Shown piece by piece: positions 11,132-24,988 of a stretch of 64,000 nucleotides of DNA; positions within the stretch are counted from its first letter, which is position 1; every line of letters begins with the position of its first letter. Below the pieces are notes generated by a model, which worked only from the letters and a program-made list of their open reading frames with translations, was not told the origin of the DNA and did no database searches. The DNA is from Octopus vulgaris (Eukaryota). Location of the stretch: positions 64,232,001-64,296,000 of the forward strand of contig OX597821.1 in the NCBI GenBank assembly GCA_951406725.2, given 5' to 3'. A program made the position numbers and the translations under genes.

Positions 11132-12299
11132 ATCTTTACAGAGCTGGGAACGGGTCTGAAAGAAAGTTAAGAAATCGTGAGAAATCTGTCAGAGCCCCGC
11201 AAATACGAGAATCACAGTTGGAATATTTGCGGTGACGTGAAAGTCGCTTCATTATTTCTTGTGTTACAGTTAGGATACACATAAGAATCTTCTAATGGGG
11301 ATGGTAAATGCTCCTACAAAATGTTACTAACGCTTCATAAATAAAAATTTATAATTATGAAATAAAAATATAAATGAAAATATAGTTAAGGAATGTAATC
11401 TACAAAAAAAAAAAGCTGTTGCAGGTGGCGAAGAAATCCGTTTCAACATCAGCTTTCTCCTTCAATCTTGAATAACAATAGCTGGCAGGTCAACTTTAGT
11501 AGGTCTACAATAATGATGTTCTAAAATTACAATAATCTAGTACCGTTATAACTATCCCTCCTATAAAAATCACAAATCTTCTGAAATGCGCCTCGTGTAT
11601 CTGTAGCATCATCAACGATTCATGATTTTCGGCAATATTCAATGAACAATTTAGCAGAGAAGAATTGTCGATTTTAAGAGTAATCCACACAACCCGTATG
11701 TGACTGGTACTTTATGTCACTGATTCCTCAAAGAGGGAAGGTGAATTGAACGCAGATCGATGCAACTAAATGCAGGAAACGCTTGTCCGAATACATTCTT
11801 TATTTTGTCAAACCACTCTATTTCTTAACCTTACATTAGTAAAAATTTCTTGTATTAAAGGAAGACTACAAATTTGTCGGGTAGACAGTCGTATTGATTG
11901 ACTCTAAAAATCGAAGTCAATGTCTGTGACGTCTGAATTCAGAATACGAAGAATGAAATTAAATGCGTCTGGTAATTTGGTCCATCCGTTTATTGTTTTA
12001 GATATCCTTGTTACCTTCTGTGTGTGAATGAATCGTATATAGTATTTCTAGATAAACTATTTAAATTCTGTTGTGTCTGGGGAGAGTAATTTTCTTTTTG
12101 TGCCTTATAATTTAACACACTCACCGGTAAAATTTCCACTTATTTCTTAATATTTATTTTCCGAAAATTTTCGTTGCGTCTTGCAACCTTTTCAATAGTC
12201 TTGACTCTGTCCGTTATTTACACTGCGTTCCATTTTGTTTGTTTGTGCGCATGTATGTGGGTCACTGTATGTGTGTGTGTATATGTGAGCCTATGCATG

Positions 12300-12810
12300 A
12301 ATGCATGTATGTATGTATGTATGTATGTATGTATGTATGTATGTATGTATGTATGTATGTATGTATGTATGTATGTATGTATGTATGTATGTACAAGACA
12401 TTGTAGATCTTTAGCTGGGCTAAAAAGTCACATTCGATCACAGCACCAGTAACAGTTAAGCTTCGTGCAATGGCCATACTCGATAACGAGGGGGCAGCCA
12501 TAATAATGTATGTATGTATGTATGTATGTATGTATGTATGTATGTATGTATGTATGTATGTATGTATGTATGTATGTATGTATGTATGTATGTATGTATG
12601 TATGTATGTATGTATGTATGTATGTATGCATGTGTGTGTATGTATATATGTGTGTGTATGCATATGTATATATGTATGTATGTGTGTGCATCTGTATATA
12701 TGTATTCTGCATATTCATGTGCTTGCATGTCCGTGTTTGTGTATTTTCTACGTATGTGTGTGAGCGTGTTTGTATATGTATGAACCTCTGTCTCCTTGTG
12801 TGTGCATGTC

Positions 12811-12870
<60 letters not shown>
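12300..12870. repeat. (ATGT)n and (TG)n microsatellite complex
   Basis: Seen directly. Confidence 0.95.
12390..12507 (+). mobile_element. Extreme 3' end of an RTE/BovB-like LINE inside an (ATGT)n array
   Basis: Encodes CTRHCRSLAGLKSHIRSQHQ*, like the C-terminal C2H2-type motif of RTE ORFs, then a short hairpin UTR (CTCGATAACGAG) and an ATA tail. Confidence 0.7.
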
Positions 12871-12874
<4 letters not shown>

Positions 12875-13109
12875 GCAACTATGTACCATGTTTGTATGTA
12901 TGGATGTGCATCTCTCTATGTGTGAATCCGTGTCTCGATAACGCTTTATTCTACACTATGAATTTTCCTACTCTAGTACATACCTCCTTCTAGAATCAAA
13001 CATAAGTATTTACTCGTAAGCCCTGACTGAACATGTCCAGGCTGCAAAATGTGCCCCAGTTGCAGTGCAACCATTTGGTCACCTTTTCCTCTGACATATA
13101 TGAGTAAAA

Positions 13110-13340
13110 GGCGGCGAGCTGGCAGAAACGTTAGCGCGCCGGGCGAAATGCTTAGCAGTATTTCGTCTGCCGTTACGTTCTGAGTTCAAATTCCGCCGAG
13201 GTCGACTTTGCCTTTCATCCTTTCGAGGTCGATAAATAAAGCACCAGTTACGCACTGGGGTCGATGTAATCGACTTAATCCTTCTGTCTGTCTTTGTTTG
13301 TCCCCTCTATGTTTAGCCCCTTGTGGGCAATAAAGGAAAA
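13110..13340 (+). mobile_element. Full-length monomeric SINE-A with type-I tail
   Basis: TSD ATATATGAGTA(A/G)AAG at 13096 and 13341; ends GGGCAATAAAGG. Confidence 0.92.
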
Positions 13341-14507
13341 ATATATGAGTAGAAGGAAATTATCTAAGTCAATCGTGTGCAACTAATAAATTGCAGCGCC
13401 TCTCTTGCTCCTCTTCCTCACTCACTCACTCACTCTATGTGTGTAAGCATATTTCTCTCTACGCGCATAAGAAAAATGAAATTGCTTATGTGAATAGTGT
13501 TCAATTAATAACTGTCTCTCCACATCTATCTCCTCCTCTCTCTCCTTTCTCTCCTTTCTTTCCTCTCATACTCTTTCTATCTGTGTTTGTGTTTGTTTCT
13601 ACTTGTATTTGCTCGCGCTCGCGTGTTTGCCTCTAGCGTCAAAATAAGCTGAATGTTCTGTTAGCTGCGCAAAATCGTCTGCATCCAAACAGCGGCACCC
13701 AATCGTCTCATTCCGCTCGCACAATACATTCCATACAACTCATTCCCAATACAACAGTTGTAAAAAGGTTTCTGTTATTGCCTTCATGACAAGAGATTTT
13801 CTTTACTACTGGAAAGTAGCAGCAGAGTTATTTCCTTTTGTTACTCTCAGATTTCGTGTAAAACCAAATTTGGTTAGAGTTACATGGTTTTGTCACCGTT
13901 TAGTAATTATGAAGTAGAGTAGCAACCATGACATTTGTAGAACATTTGACATTAGTTGTGGGTGTAAAAGGCCGAGGAAAAATATCCCAGAGGAGCGTTT
14001 TGCATTCTAGATAAACACGCAGTGAAGTCACACATATGTAGCATAGTGAGTTAAAGAGATGCGATGCAAATAAAAACTCACTGTTAGGTTATTTAGCATC
14101 TAGTGGGGTTTCTTCCCTTAAAAGGCTCGCTTTGTAAGCATTTAGTTTCCAGTTCAGTCCCACTGCGCATCACTCCTAGCAAATATCTTCTCCTTCGTTC
14201 TAGTCTGGAGGGGAATTTTGGACACCATGCCGGACTAAAAATATGTATATATAAAATATAATATGTAACACACAGAGACACACATGAAGATGCATGTATA
14301 ATGTTGTATGTATGTATGTATGTATGTATGTATGTATGTATGTATGTATGTATGTGTATATAATAAATATCCTTCAAAAAATCTCTAAATTAAATAAATT
14401 TAATTTAGTGGTTTTTTTAAATAATATTTATTGTAGTATATTAAAATTTTTTTCTATACGGTGTAGATAATATCTTTCACTATTGAGTTGATAGAGGTTA
14501 TCTCTCT

Positions 14508-14564
<57 letters not shown>

Positions 14565-14618
14565 TTGATTTAGAATTGCTAAATTGAATTTTTCCTGTAA
14601 GTTTGGAATTATATTCCC

Positions 14619-14623
14619 TATTA

Positions 14624-14696
<73 letters not shown>

Positions 14697-14713
14697 CATT
14701 ATTATTATTATTA

Positions 14714-14756
<43 letters not shown>

Positions 14757-14766
14757 CATTATCATT
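14619..14766. repeat. (ATT)n microsatellite
   Basis: Seen directly. Similar arrays at about 30262-30416, 37864-37931, 58708-58836 and 60228-60284. Confidence 0.95.
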
Positions 14767-15003
14767 TATACGTGTGTGTATGTATGCATTTATGTGTGAG
14801 TATCTTTGTGTTTGTTTGTTCCCCGACCCACCTACCGCCTGACACTCGATGTTTGTTTATGTCCCCGGAACTTAGCGGTTCGACAAAACCGAAAGAATGA
14901 GTGCCATTCTTAAGAAAAGTAAATAAGTACTGAAGTCGATTTGTTTGACTATATCCTTCAAGTGAAGCTCCAGCATGGCCACAGTCCTGTGTCTAAAACA
15001 AGT

Positions 15004-15037
<34 letters not shown>

Positions 15038-15042
<5 letters not shown>

Positions 15043-15188
15043 TGAATGGAAGAAATGGAGTTGAACGAAGATTGTACAGAATTCCTTTTATTACATTCTA
15101 CACATGTTTCAAAGGCCACATGTGTAGAATGTTAATAAAAGGAATTCTGTACAATCTTCGTTCAACTCCATTTCTTCCATTCACTAAT
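15038..15188. repeat. Near-perfect 70-bp inverted repeat, probably a Penelope insertion remnant
   Basis: Arms 15038-15107 and 15118-15188 differ by one bulged T; 10-nt loop TTCAAAGGCC. Confidence 0.9.
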
Positions 15189-15341
15189 TATATTAAACTT
15201 CAATTATCCGCACCAACGCACGGTTGCAACACCATATGGTCTTATCTCCAACCGTGTATTTTCTGCTGTGATTTTTGCTACCCAGGTATCGGTTAAACTT
15301 TTGAATAATACGTAACAAGATAATTCATCTTTCCATTTCAA

Positions 15342-15431
<90 letters not shown>

Positions 15432-16059
15432 AGGTAACTGCATAGACAATCGCGTTTACGAAACACTTTCTGAAGATTTTCAAAGCAAAAGAAGGGAGGT
15501 AATTCCAATGAGATCGTATTCATCCTTTTTTTTTTAATCGAAGCTGCTTGACAAATTCGATAAAACATTAATCAAGTTAAGACTGTGGTTGGACCCAACA
15601 GCAAATAGGGCCATACTCACAAAACCTGGACTCTGTTGTTTTTGACGGAGTTGTACGAAAGACAAAAGTAACGGAAAATTTTTCGGACTGAGGAAAATAC
15701 GAGGAAAATGTGTGAATACCACTTTATGATTGGTGGAAACCATATCTCTGTAGTTGCTGTTGCCGATTAAAACGATTGCTTTGTTTGACATAATGGTGTT
15801 AGTAGTAGCAGTAAGACGGCGAGCTGGCAGAATCGCTATGACGCCGGACGAAACGCTTCACGTCATTTCTTCCGGCTTTACATTCTGAACTGAAATTACA
15901 CTGAGGTCAGCCTTGCTTTTTATCCTTGCGGGTTTGATAAAATAAATAATAGCTGAGCAATAGGATCACCGCCTCCTCGAAAATTTTATGCCTTGTGTCT
16001 ATATTAGAAAGGAACATTGGAAGAGACGTTTGTTGTGATGGTTATGATAATGTGACTTT

Positions 16060-16470
16060 GACAATAATGATGGTGACGTTGTTGTTAATACCGAACTCGA
16101 ATGCCAAGACCATCTCAGATTCCCCGTAACCTTATATCCCAGATACGTCTCAATCAATCCCTTCTTCATCATTTCACTCTCAACAATTTCCTTCCTCACT
16201 GTCTATTCGCTCTTAGCATTTGACTTTTACAATCGCTGAATCCATTTTTTCAAAAGAACACTCGAAAATTGATGATGAGCTGGTAAACCCTAGCAAATCT
16301 TCTTGACAAATTCGATACTCACATTATTTAATCGTCCTACAGATGGTTGAAAAAACATCCTGTTGATAATCCTTAAATAAACAGATTTGTCCATGACTCA
16401 AAATGTGAACGAAACATTTTACGTAATGTTATCTCTGACTTTAATCCGATAATCCATTAAAACTCATGGT
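16060..16470 (-). pseudogene. Decayed LINE reverse-transcriptase fragment
   Basis: TYLGYKVTGNLRWSWH resembles the YLGxxIxxxLxWxxH motif of non-LTR RTs; stops nearby. Confidence 0.5.
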
Positions 16471-16829
16471 CACCCGAATGTTATTTTACTACGTATTGGT
16501 TTACAGAAAGATACACAAAATAGGTTTTAAGCAGAGATAATAAGACGCTACGGTTTCTGTAGAAATGAAAATGTAGTTGAGGAAACATAATATACAACAT
16601 ACAGCTGTTGTAGACAGTGAAGAAATGTACCCGAATTTCAGTAAATAAGGTTATAAAAATATTAGTGACCAAGAGGGTGTCGATCATTTTCGGCTTCGAA
16701 CAAAAAAAATAAGATGTGGACTTTTGAAGAAAAGTTTTAAACAAATACATCTAAATTCTAACGTTAAAATTTTTAGAACTAAATTATATTTTTACTTTGT
16801 TAGTCAATTAAACGTTTCCAGAGACACCC

Positions 16830-17730
16830 AATCGTCTCCTTCAGTCGCCAAGTCTCAAGCCTCATCCCAAATTTTCACATCACTTGCGAAATTTTCTTTT
16901 ATTCCTGTCAGACTTTACTTCTTCGGACGCCCTTTCTTCCTGGATCCTGTGGAGACCATTGGAGACACTGGTGTGAAAGTCGAGAGGCATCAATTTTGAT
17001 CCCATGTCTAATCCTCTTTATCATCCTACTGATCACCAATTGATTTAGCGAGCAATAGAGCCACGATACTCTTCTTACTTTCAAGCTGGTGATACAACTC
17101 TCTATGAAATGTGATACATAATACTCAGGCATCTTTACCGGAAGGTGTTCAATTTCCTCCGCAGTGGTCATGACTTACAGCCTTAGAGAAGATTAGAGAA
17201 ATCGATGCTTGGCAACAGCTGGATTTTGATCCTTATACTGATCGTGTGAGCTTTCCACAGTCTTCTTAATTTGAGAAAGGGACTTGCAGTACCGTTCCTG
17301 ATATTGGATTCAAATTTTGACACAAGGCCAGCAATTTAGAGGCAGGGGATAAGTCGATTACATCAACCCCATTGTTCAACTGGTATTTATTTTATCGACC
17401 CCAAAAGTGATGGAAGGCAAAGTCGACCTCGGCAGAATTTAAAGTCAGAACGTAAAGACGAACGAAATACCGCTAAGCATTTTGCCCGGCGTGCTAACGA
17501 GTCTGGCACCTCGCCGCCAAATACCATTCTTGATATTAATTTTTCTCTCTACATCTTCACTACGATTAATGTCAGTGCCAAGAAACATATTCTTTGTATA
17601 TATTTTGATGAAGTCTCTAGATCAATATGATGGACTTGCGTGTACAGATGACAACCATATCAGTGACTTAAACTTCGCATATGACTTGGCTTTGATTACT
17701 TAAAAGTGAACACTTGGAAGAATGCAAATT
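16830..17730 (-). mobile_element. Old RTE LINE fragment with an inverted 5' segment, interrupted by a SINE-A
   Basis: Minus strand: FLGTDI (YLG motif) through LQWSPQDPGRKG (RTE C-terminus). Plus strand 17590-17730: ISDLNFAYDLALI (FADD motif). SINE-A at about 17305-17518 has an imperfect 18-bp TSD. Confidence 0.6.
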
Positions 17731-19559
17731 ATATTTCAAAGTTAAAAATTTAGAAAATATATAGAAAATTATAGCTGACCTTGTTTTATGCCTCATCTTC
17801 AATCCTTTACGAATGTTTTTGGCAGAAATAAATAAAAGCTACAGCGGCTTATTTGTCGCATTCAGTAAACCTGACAACTTATGTCCTTATGCCAATCTAA
17901 GAGGTTAAACTTTGGAAGCGTGCTTGTTTTGTATAATCATGACTTCTTGAGAAAACTAAGCAAGTGACCTGGTTTCGAGTTTTAATATTAACCGTTTGCA
18001 TTCCATCACGGATGATTTTAGGAAATCCTTAACGATCAAGTTATATACTTTCATCCCTATACATTTGAGCCTTGTAACCATATTGTTATCGCTAGTTTAC
18101 TAGTGTGGACGTGGCTTTGATGGTCACTTATTGTATTTGGTGGATTCTTTAGGTTTCCTTTAGTAACTGTTTTGCCTACATTACTAATAACCCAGAGAAA
18201 TAGAAGAATGTCATCGAAATTATTATTTCTTCCTCTATTTATACGAGGACTAATGTAAGAAATAATTATATGCGTGTGAAAGCAGTGCAATTACGGGTGA
18301 AATACCAGGAGTGATATAAAAATCATTTTGGGGTTTGAGCAGATGTAAGACTGATGATGTGTTATGTGTTAAAGTGATAATTATTGTAATTATGTGAAAC
18401 ACGGATAGTTTTAGATAGGTTAGGGGGTTTAAGATTTGAACAACATCGATATTAGTTTAAAACGAAGCTCCATGTTGGGAAAAGAAACGGGTGATTTAGA
18501 CGTATTTGTAGTGGTGATGTGTTATTTAGAGAAATACATTTGTAATGACATGTTTTTCGGCAAGTATGGTAATAGATAAGTGTATTTTAGCCAGCTGCGG
18601 TGGTAGTCGTAGTTTGGCAGCGATGATAATGTTTGGGAGAAAATTGGAGAATAATAACAGTGGTTGAGTAATATGATGGCTGTAAAAGTTCACAGCGGAA
18701 TTTCCTGGCAAGAATGGACATTTATTTCTGACTTGTAATGCCATTAAATATTGGTAATTTCGCTAGTAAATTACTGTAATGATTTTTAAAATGGCACAAT
18801 GGTTAGCCCAACTATACTGGAGAGCTTAACGAGATAAGAGAATCACAGAACACAAACAAGATGCAACTTGGTTTAGCGACGATTAAGTCGAGAGGAGGGG
18901 GAATTTTCTCTGGAGAACAATAAAGGAACAGGAATCGCTTCATTGGAGGCTGAAGTTAATTAAATCATTTTAGCTCTCTTTTTCTTTTATTAATGTCTTT
19001 CTTTGATTGTTTCTCTCTCTGTGTTTTCTTTTCCTTATCTCTTTCGTTCTTTCTTTATAGTTTTCATTACAGGAAGTAAAACGATAAAAGACCATCTGAT
19101 AATTCTAACAATGTTAATGTTAATAGTGATATTAAAATCGAAGAAAAAAATCAAATCCTCCAAATTAAATCTTATAAATGCAAACGAGAGCAAAGAAAAC
19201 TCAAAGTGTAGTGGAAAATTAGACAGCCAGATTTCTGCGTAAGTTAGCAATGCATCACAAACATTTTAATTCTGGTTGGTGGTAACAGTACTAGAGTTAC
19301 TGTGGTACGGAGAGGGTTTGATTAATATTCATCGTCTTAGCTTATTTCAAGAGATTCAGCTTTCTATTTGTCTTACAAGCTGCAGAATAGAGTCATCAGC
19401 GGAAAATACTTCTCATAGTTATGGGATAGTGTAAAACTAATTAATAAAAGAAAATGTGATAATGTAATAAAATTTGTAAGTAGGTGCGCGAAGTTGTAAC
19501 GGAAAGAATCTAATTGATTCTACTCTAAATGTTTTTCCAGGGCAAACCATCTTTTGTTG

Positions 19560-21800
19560 TTGACGATTGACCCATTAGAACTTAAGGTCGAGACGTTCCC
19601 AGGAAAGCTTCCAGACGTCTGAAGAAATCGGGCTGTTCTGCCCCTGTTGGAGCATAATCAGCCACCCGTCTGAAAGCGCCACCGTCGCTACTATTTACGT
19701 CCAGAACCACCAATTTACTTTTTGGGTCCAGGAAGATGGACTTTATCATGAGATCCATACCTCTCCAGAACAACAACGCTGTTCTACCCAATCATATTTC
19801 CGGTTGACATGGAGATAAATCCAATATCCACCGAAAATGGGTACGAAAGCCCGTTGGTCGGAAAATCAAGTCTCACTGACAGCCACGACATCTAAACTTA
19901 GTAACCTTAGATCATTGAGTAGGTGGCCCTGTTTCCAAGGCGACCCAAGGCCATCTACATTTATATAACTTCCTACGAGCAAGGCCATGCTAGACAACGA
20001 AATGGACAGAGAAGAGGAGAGAGATAGTTTTGTGACGGGTAGGGAATAGGTGTTCTGTCCATCTGGTTAGATGTGGGCGTTTTCACGAGCAGTTCTTTGT
20101 AAAGTCTTATTGTTAAAGTTTTATTTTTGTAAAATTTTCTGTCCTATCAGAGTATTTGCTTTTTAATGCTATAAATGTTTTGCGTTATTTGTATGATCTT
20201 TATGTGTGTAGGTATGTTGATTTTCGATGTGATGAAATTGCTCTGAGTGATGTCTGTATGATTGTGTAAGTATTCTATTTGAGTTTTGCTGGTCGTGTTT
20301 ATGGCAGTGTAGTTGATGTTAAAATTAAGTTCGTGTTGGGATTTGTGATCAAACTGTCGTGCTAATGAATTAGGTCATGCTTGCAGTAGTGGTGTCTGTG
20401 ACAGTGTGTATAATATTGACGATATTAGCATAGCTGTGATTGGGGGTTGTGTTTCGGCATTCTTGCTCAAAAGCATATGCCCCATTTGTTCGTATCTTCC
20501 TGTTGATCTGGTTTTTTTCCCCCTTTCTTTTCTTGGTCCTGATGATCGTTTGTCATTTAGGCTCGTCACCGTCTCCTTCATTATTGACCATATCAGAATG
20601 GTCCAAAGAGGGAAGAGGTATGTCTTGAGGAGGTTTCTGAAAGCTGTTGTTGTTGTTTTTGGCGGTTTCTGATACTGTTGCTGTGTTGATGGTGTTGTTG
20701 CTGCTGTTGCTGCAGTAATTGTTGTTGCTGCTCTTTTTGCAGCTGTTAATTTCGGTCCTGTTGTTGGTGATGTTTTGGTCATCTGCCTCTGTTGGTGTTG
20801 TTGCTGCTGTCTCAGCTGTTCTTGTTGTTGTTGCGGTGGTAGTCGTGGCGCTGGTGTCGGCAGTAGTGCTGTTTTCTTTCGCTCTGAGCAAAAACCTTTG
20901 AAGTGATTTTTGTCTTTGCATCTCGTCCTTCTGCCCTCAACAACAAAGAGAAGCTTTGTGCCGTCTGGTGGGCTTACGAAGTCCGGGATGGCCTCGACGC
21001 TAGGATGATCTACCGGTATTGATAGCTAGACACCCTGTCGAAACCACTTCTGCTTCTGTATTCTTTGTATCTGCAGACTAGTGGTTTTCTCTTCTATGTC
21101 GAAGAGAGCCACTGCCATGAGCAAACAGATGTTGATTTCTAGGGGTATATTGAATGTTTTCATTTTGAATACCCTTCTGTCAAAGGAAATACGTATAAGA
21201 ATCAATTCATCACTCGTTTGCGTAGCTGTTGAGTGATTTTGGGCCTTCTACTCTGAGGCAAAGCTCACTTCGATAGTTCTATATTTTTTGCTCTTCCAAT
21301 CTGGTCGCAGGCATTTTTCAATTTGCTGGTGTGTTGCCTCATCTACTCTTCTACTTTTTGTTCCAATTGTTTTATATATAAGTGTCTTGCTGGACAGGTC
21401 TAGGGACATTCAGTACCACATTTCTCCAAGATGCATTTTGCACATCTGAATTAATTTTCATTTATAAGAACGTGTTCACGTGCTCGCCGCGTCGCAGTGG
21501 CGGAACCGCACGGTTAATTTCCTTTTGCTCTTGTTTCTTTGCTAATGATGTTTGGTGTTGGTCGTGGTGGGTTTGTTGCTTCCACTGACAGTTATGATCG
21601 AGGTGCAGTGTTCTCACTAGCGTTGTTGCTTTATGCTGTCATTGATTTCTTCAGCGATGGTGAAGATGGTGCTGAAAGTAACAGAAAGTTACTTTCATAC
21701 ATTTCACAAGCTGTGTTGTTGTTGTTGTTGTTGTTGTTACTGCAGCTGATTCTGTCACTGACTTTTACAATTTAGCTGTTCTGTTGTGCGGATAACTGGC
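19560..21800 (-). mobile_element. Degenerate Tx1/L1-like LINE, 5' half only (ORF1 plus start of the APE endonuclease)
   Basis: ORF1 remnants EATHQQIEKCLRPDW and FVVEGRRTRC. ORF2 starts at 19988 with MALLVGSYINVDGLGSPWKQGHLLNDL...SET, later FLDPKSKLVVLDV...YAPT...FFRRLEAFLGTSR. All homologous to the 25341-29260 element. Confidence 0.85.
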
Positions 21801-21817
21801 TGTTCTTTTCTTATGTT

Positions 21818-22232
21818 TTCTTTTTATTGCCCACAAGGAGCTGAACACAGAGGGGACCAACAAGGACAGACAAAGGAATTAAGTCGATTACATCGACCCC
21901 AGTGCGTAACTGTTAACTTATTTATCGACCCCGAAAGGATGAAAAGCAAAGTCCACCTTGGCGGAATTTGAACTCAGAACGTAACGGCAGACGAAATACC
22001 TATTTCTTTACTACTCACAAGGGGCTAAACACAGAGAGGACAAACAAGGACAGACAAACGGATTAAGTTGATTAGATCGACCCCAGTGCGTAACTGGTAA
22101 TTATATTTATCGACCCCGAAAGGATGAAAGGCAAAGTCGATCTCGGCGGAATTTGAACTCAGAACGTAACGGCAGACAAAATACCGCAAAGCATTTCGCC
22201 CGGCGTGCTAACGATTCTGCCAGCTCGCCACC
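21818..22232 (-). mobile_element. Dimeric SINE-A
   Basis: One head followed by two B-box/core/tail units. Confidence 0.9.
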
Positions 22233-22748
22233 TTAATTTTTTTTCCTGGTAGCCATTATTATACCACTCGCTGTTCTTTTCAACAGATAAGCAATCTTCA
22301 TCAATCATCTTTCTTTTCTTAGACAAAATATTGAGGTGTGTGTTACGCTAAGCAAACCCGAAATTGGCTCTTAAGGGCTACAAGTGGAGAAAAACTAACT
22401 GGGTTCCTAAGGTCCTGGTCAGTTTATCTAATATAACGATAAAAAATATGCGATGTATAACTGTGCAACAATATAACAAGAAACTTATTGGAGCGATGTG
22501 CAATATGTGTCGATAATCGAACAACAACAACAATAATAATGATAGTAACAAGAACAATAATCCATCCATAAACACATTATATATATATACATACATATAT
22601 GTATTTATATGTATGTACGTATAAATGTGTATACACACAAGCACACACAAACACACATATATATGCATATGTATGAATACATTTATATGTGTATATGCTT
22701 ATATGCGTGTGCATGCGTGTGTGTGAGTGTGTGTGTGTATGTGTGCGT

Positions 22749-22791
<43 letters not shown>

Positions 22792-22989
22792 TGTGTGTGT
22801 GTGCGCGCGCGTGCGCGCTTTTGTGCGTGTGGACACAGAATGTAAAGAAGCCTAGTTTATTAATATTTGTCGTGACGAAACACCGATGTTGGTGACAGAT
22901 AACTCATAAAATAGATTATGCCACAAAAAAAAAAAACAAACAAAAACAGCAACAAGAGCAACAAAAACTACCACCACCACCACCACCAT

Positions 22990-23024
<35 letters not shown>

Positions 23025-23313
23025 TTATTATCCTAGCAACAACAACAAGAACAACTGAACAACGGCAATCATGAGACTACATGGAATACGTAGAATTAAC
23101 AATGAAGCTACGTATTCTAGTTTTGGGATTTGATGTGACCTAACCTCTCTAAAGGCTAATCTAGTGGAATCTAGTAGACGCAGATGATAACCCATGGATT
23201 ATTTTTTGGTTTTAGTTCCAACCATCGCATCCGGCATTTCCTTTTTATTTTCCATCTTTTATTTTTACCACATTTTATTTTTGCCATTTATTCTTCCCTT
23301 TCTTTCTTCATTC

Positions 23314-23552
23314 AGTTGTTGTTGTTGTTGTTGTTGTTTTTCTTCTTCTTCTTCTTCTTCTTCTTCTTCTTCTTCTTCTTCTTCTTCTTCTTCTTCTTCT
23401 TCTTCTTCTTCTTCTTCTTCTTCTTCTTCTTCTTCTTCTTCTTCTTCTTCTTCTTCTTCTTCTTCTTCTTCTTCTTCTTCTTCTTCTTCTTCTTCTTCTT
23501 CTCCTTTTCTTTTTTCTTCTTCTTAACTGAATACCCAGAAACTTCACATATA

Positions 23553-23617
<65 letters not shown>

Positions 23618-23630
23618 CACACACACGCAC
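23314..23630. repeat. Compound (TTG)n(TTC)n(TC)n(CA)n microsatellite; pure TTC run of about 160 bp
   Basis: Seen directly. Confidence 0.95.
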
Positions 23631-24132
23631 GCACGCACACTCACACGTACACAGATACACCCTCTCACAAACACTCATACACACCTATATTTCTCCGTGA
23701 GTGTATGTGTGTGTACGTCTCGTTTTAAACTGCATCCGATAGTTGGACCCTAGTTCGAGATCTCGAGGGATTTGAAGTGCGTGGAGCCACCTTTTAGACA
23801 CTATTCTTCTCAGACTTACTTTAATCTGGAACACTTACCAGGGTCCCAGATACAGGGTAATTAGCATGTCACGGAGGATAGTCTCTCACTGAAAGCTCAA
23901 CGGGTTCAGGGCAGATGAGGCCTTTCATCTCTTTATTTGCACACCAAAGAGAAGAAAACTCCATACAAACCTTGCAATCTCATAACTACTTGGCTTGTGG
24001 AATTTATTGCACCAGACCAATAAAAGTTTGAAGGACGAGAGAGTGAGATTGGCTCTGCACAAACCACGATCACTCTAATGATAAAGACTTGCTGCTTTGT
24101 GAGATAATATGTCGAGCATTTAAAAAAAACGT

Positions 24133-24954
24133 TAAGGTAAAGGTAAGGTTACCTTCCCGAGTCAGACACATAAGAGCCGGTTTCCCAGTTTCCATAGCAT
24201 ATGTATTCCCCACTTGGACAGGATGCCGTTCGGTCGCACGATTACTCATTTTTGCCAGCTGAGTGGACTGGACTAACATGAAATGAAGTGTTTTGCTCAT
24301 GAGCATAATGCATATTGCCCGGTCCAGGAATCCGCCTCTAACCGAAAATCTAAAGAAAAGGACCCCAAAGAAGATATTTTCAGTTATATTTAACCAATAT
24401 CTGGCATCTTCTGCGGCTCCATGGGTGCAACAAAGATATTGACTCGTCTTCCCACGTGGCGGATCCATAAATGGAAAGGTGATAGATGTACAAAGAGTTT
24501 GATACTTGCTTCTGGAAACAGCCCAGGAACACCAGATACGCTTAATTTACAGTCTCTGCAATAATCTCGACCAACGACAAAAATAGTTGACCATATACAT
24601 ACATAAGGGAAGCGAGGGCTAAAGACCCATTTCTGTCATGAACAATCATCGGATTGCAACAAGAAAGTTCCCCTCTGAGGCACAAGTTCAGTTGTTTGTG
24701 GGAGTCTAGCAGTTGTTCAAGGAAAAGACAAAGGCCAATACATTTTGGAACCAGTGATCTGACAATTCATTTCTACAGCTGAGTAAACTGGAGCAACGTA
24801 AAATAAAGTGTCTTGCTCAAGAGCACAATACATAGCTCAGTACGGGAATCGAACACACAAGCTCATGATTGTAAAGCTTGACGCTCTTACCAATGAGCCA
24901 CATACATGCATGCATACATACATACATACATACATACATACATACATACATACA

Positions 24955-24988
<34 letters not shown>

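Noticed and set aside
12174-12993. ORFs rich in YVCM/HTYI, and similar poly-I, poly-L, poly-F and YLSI ORFs across the window
   Set aside because: They are translations of microsatellites.
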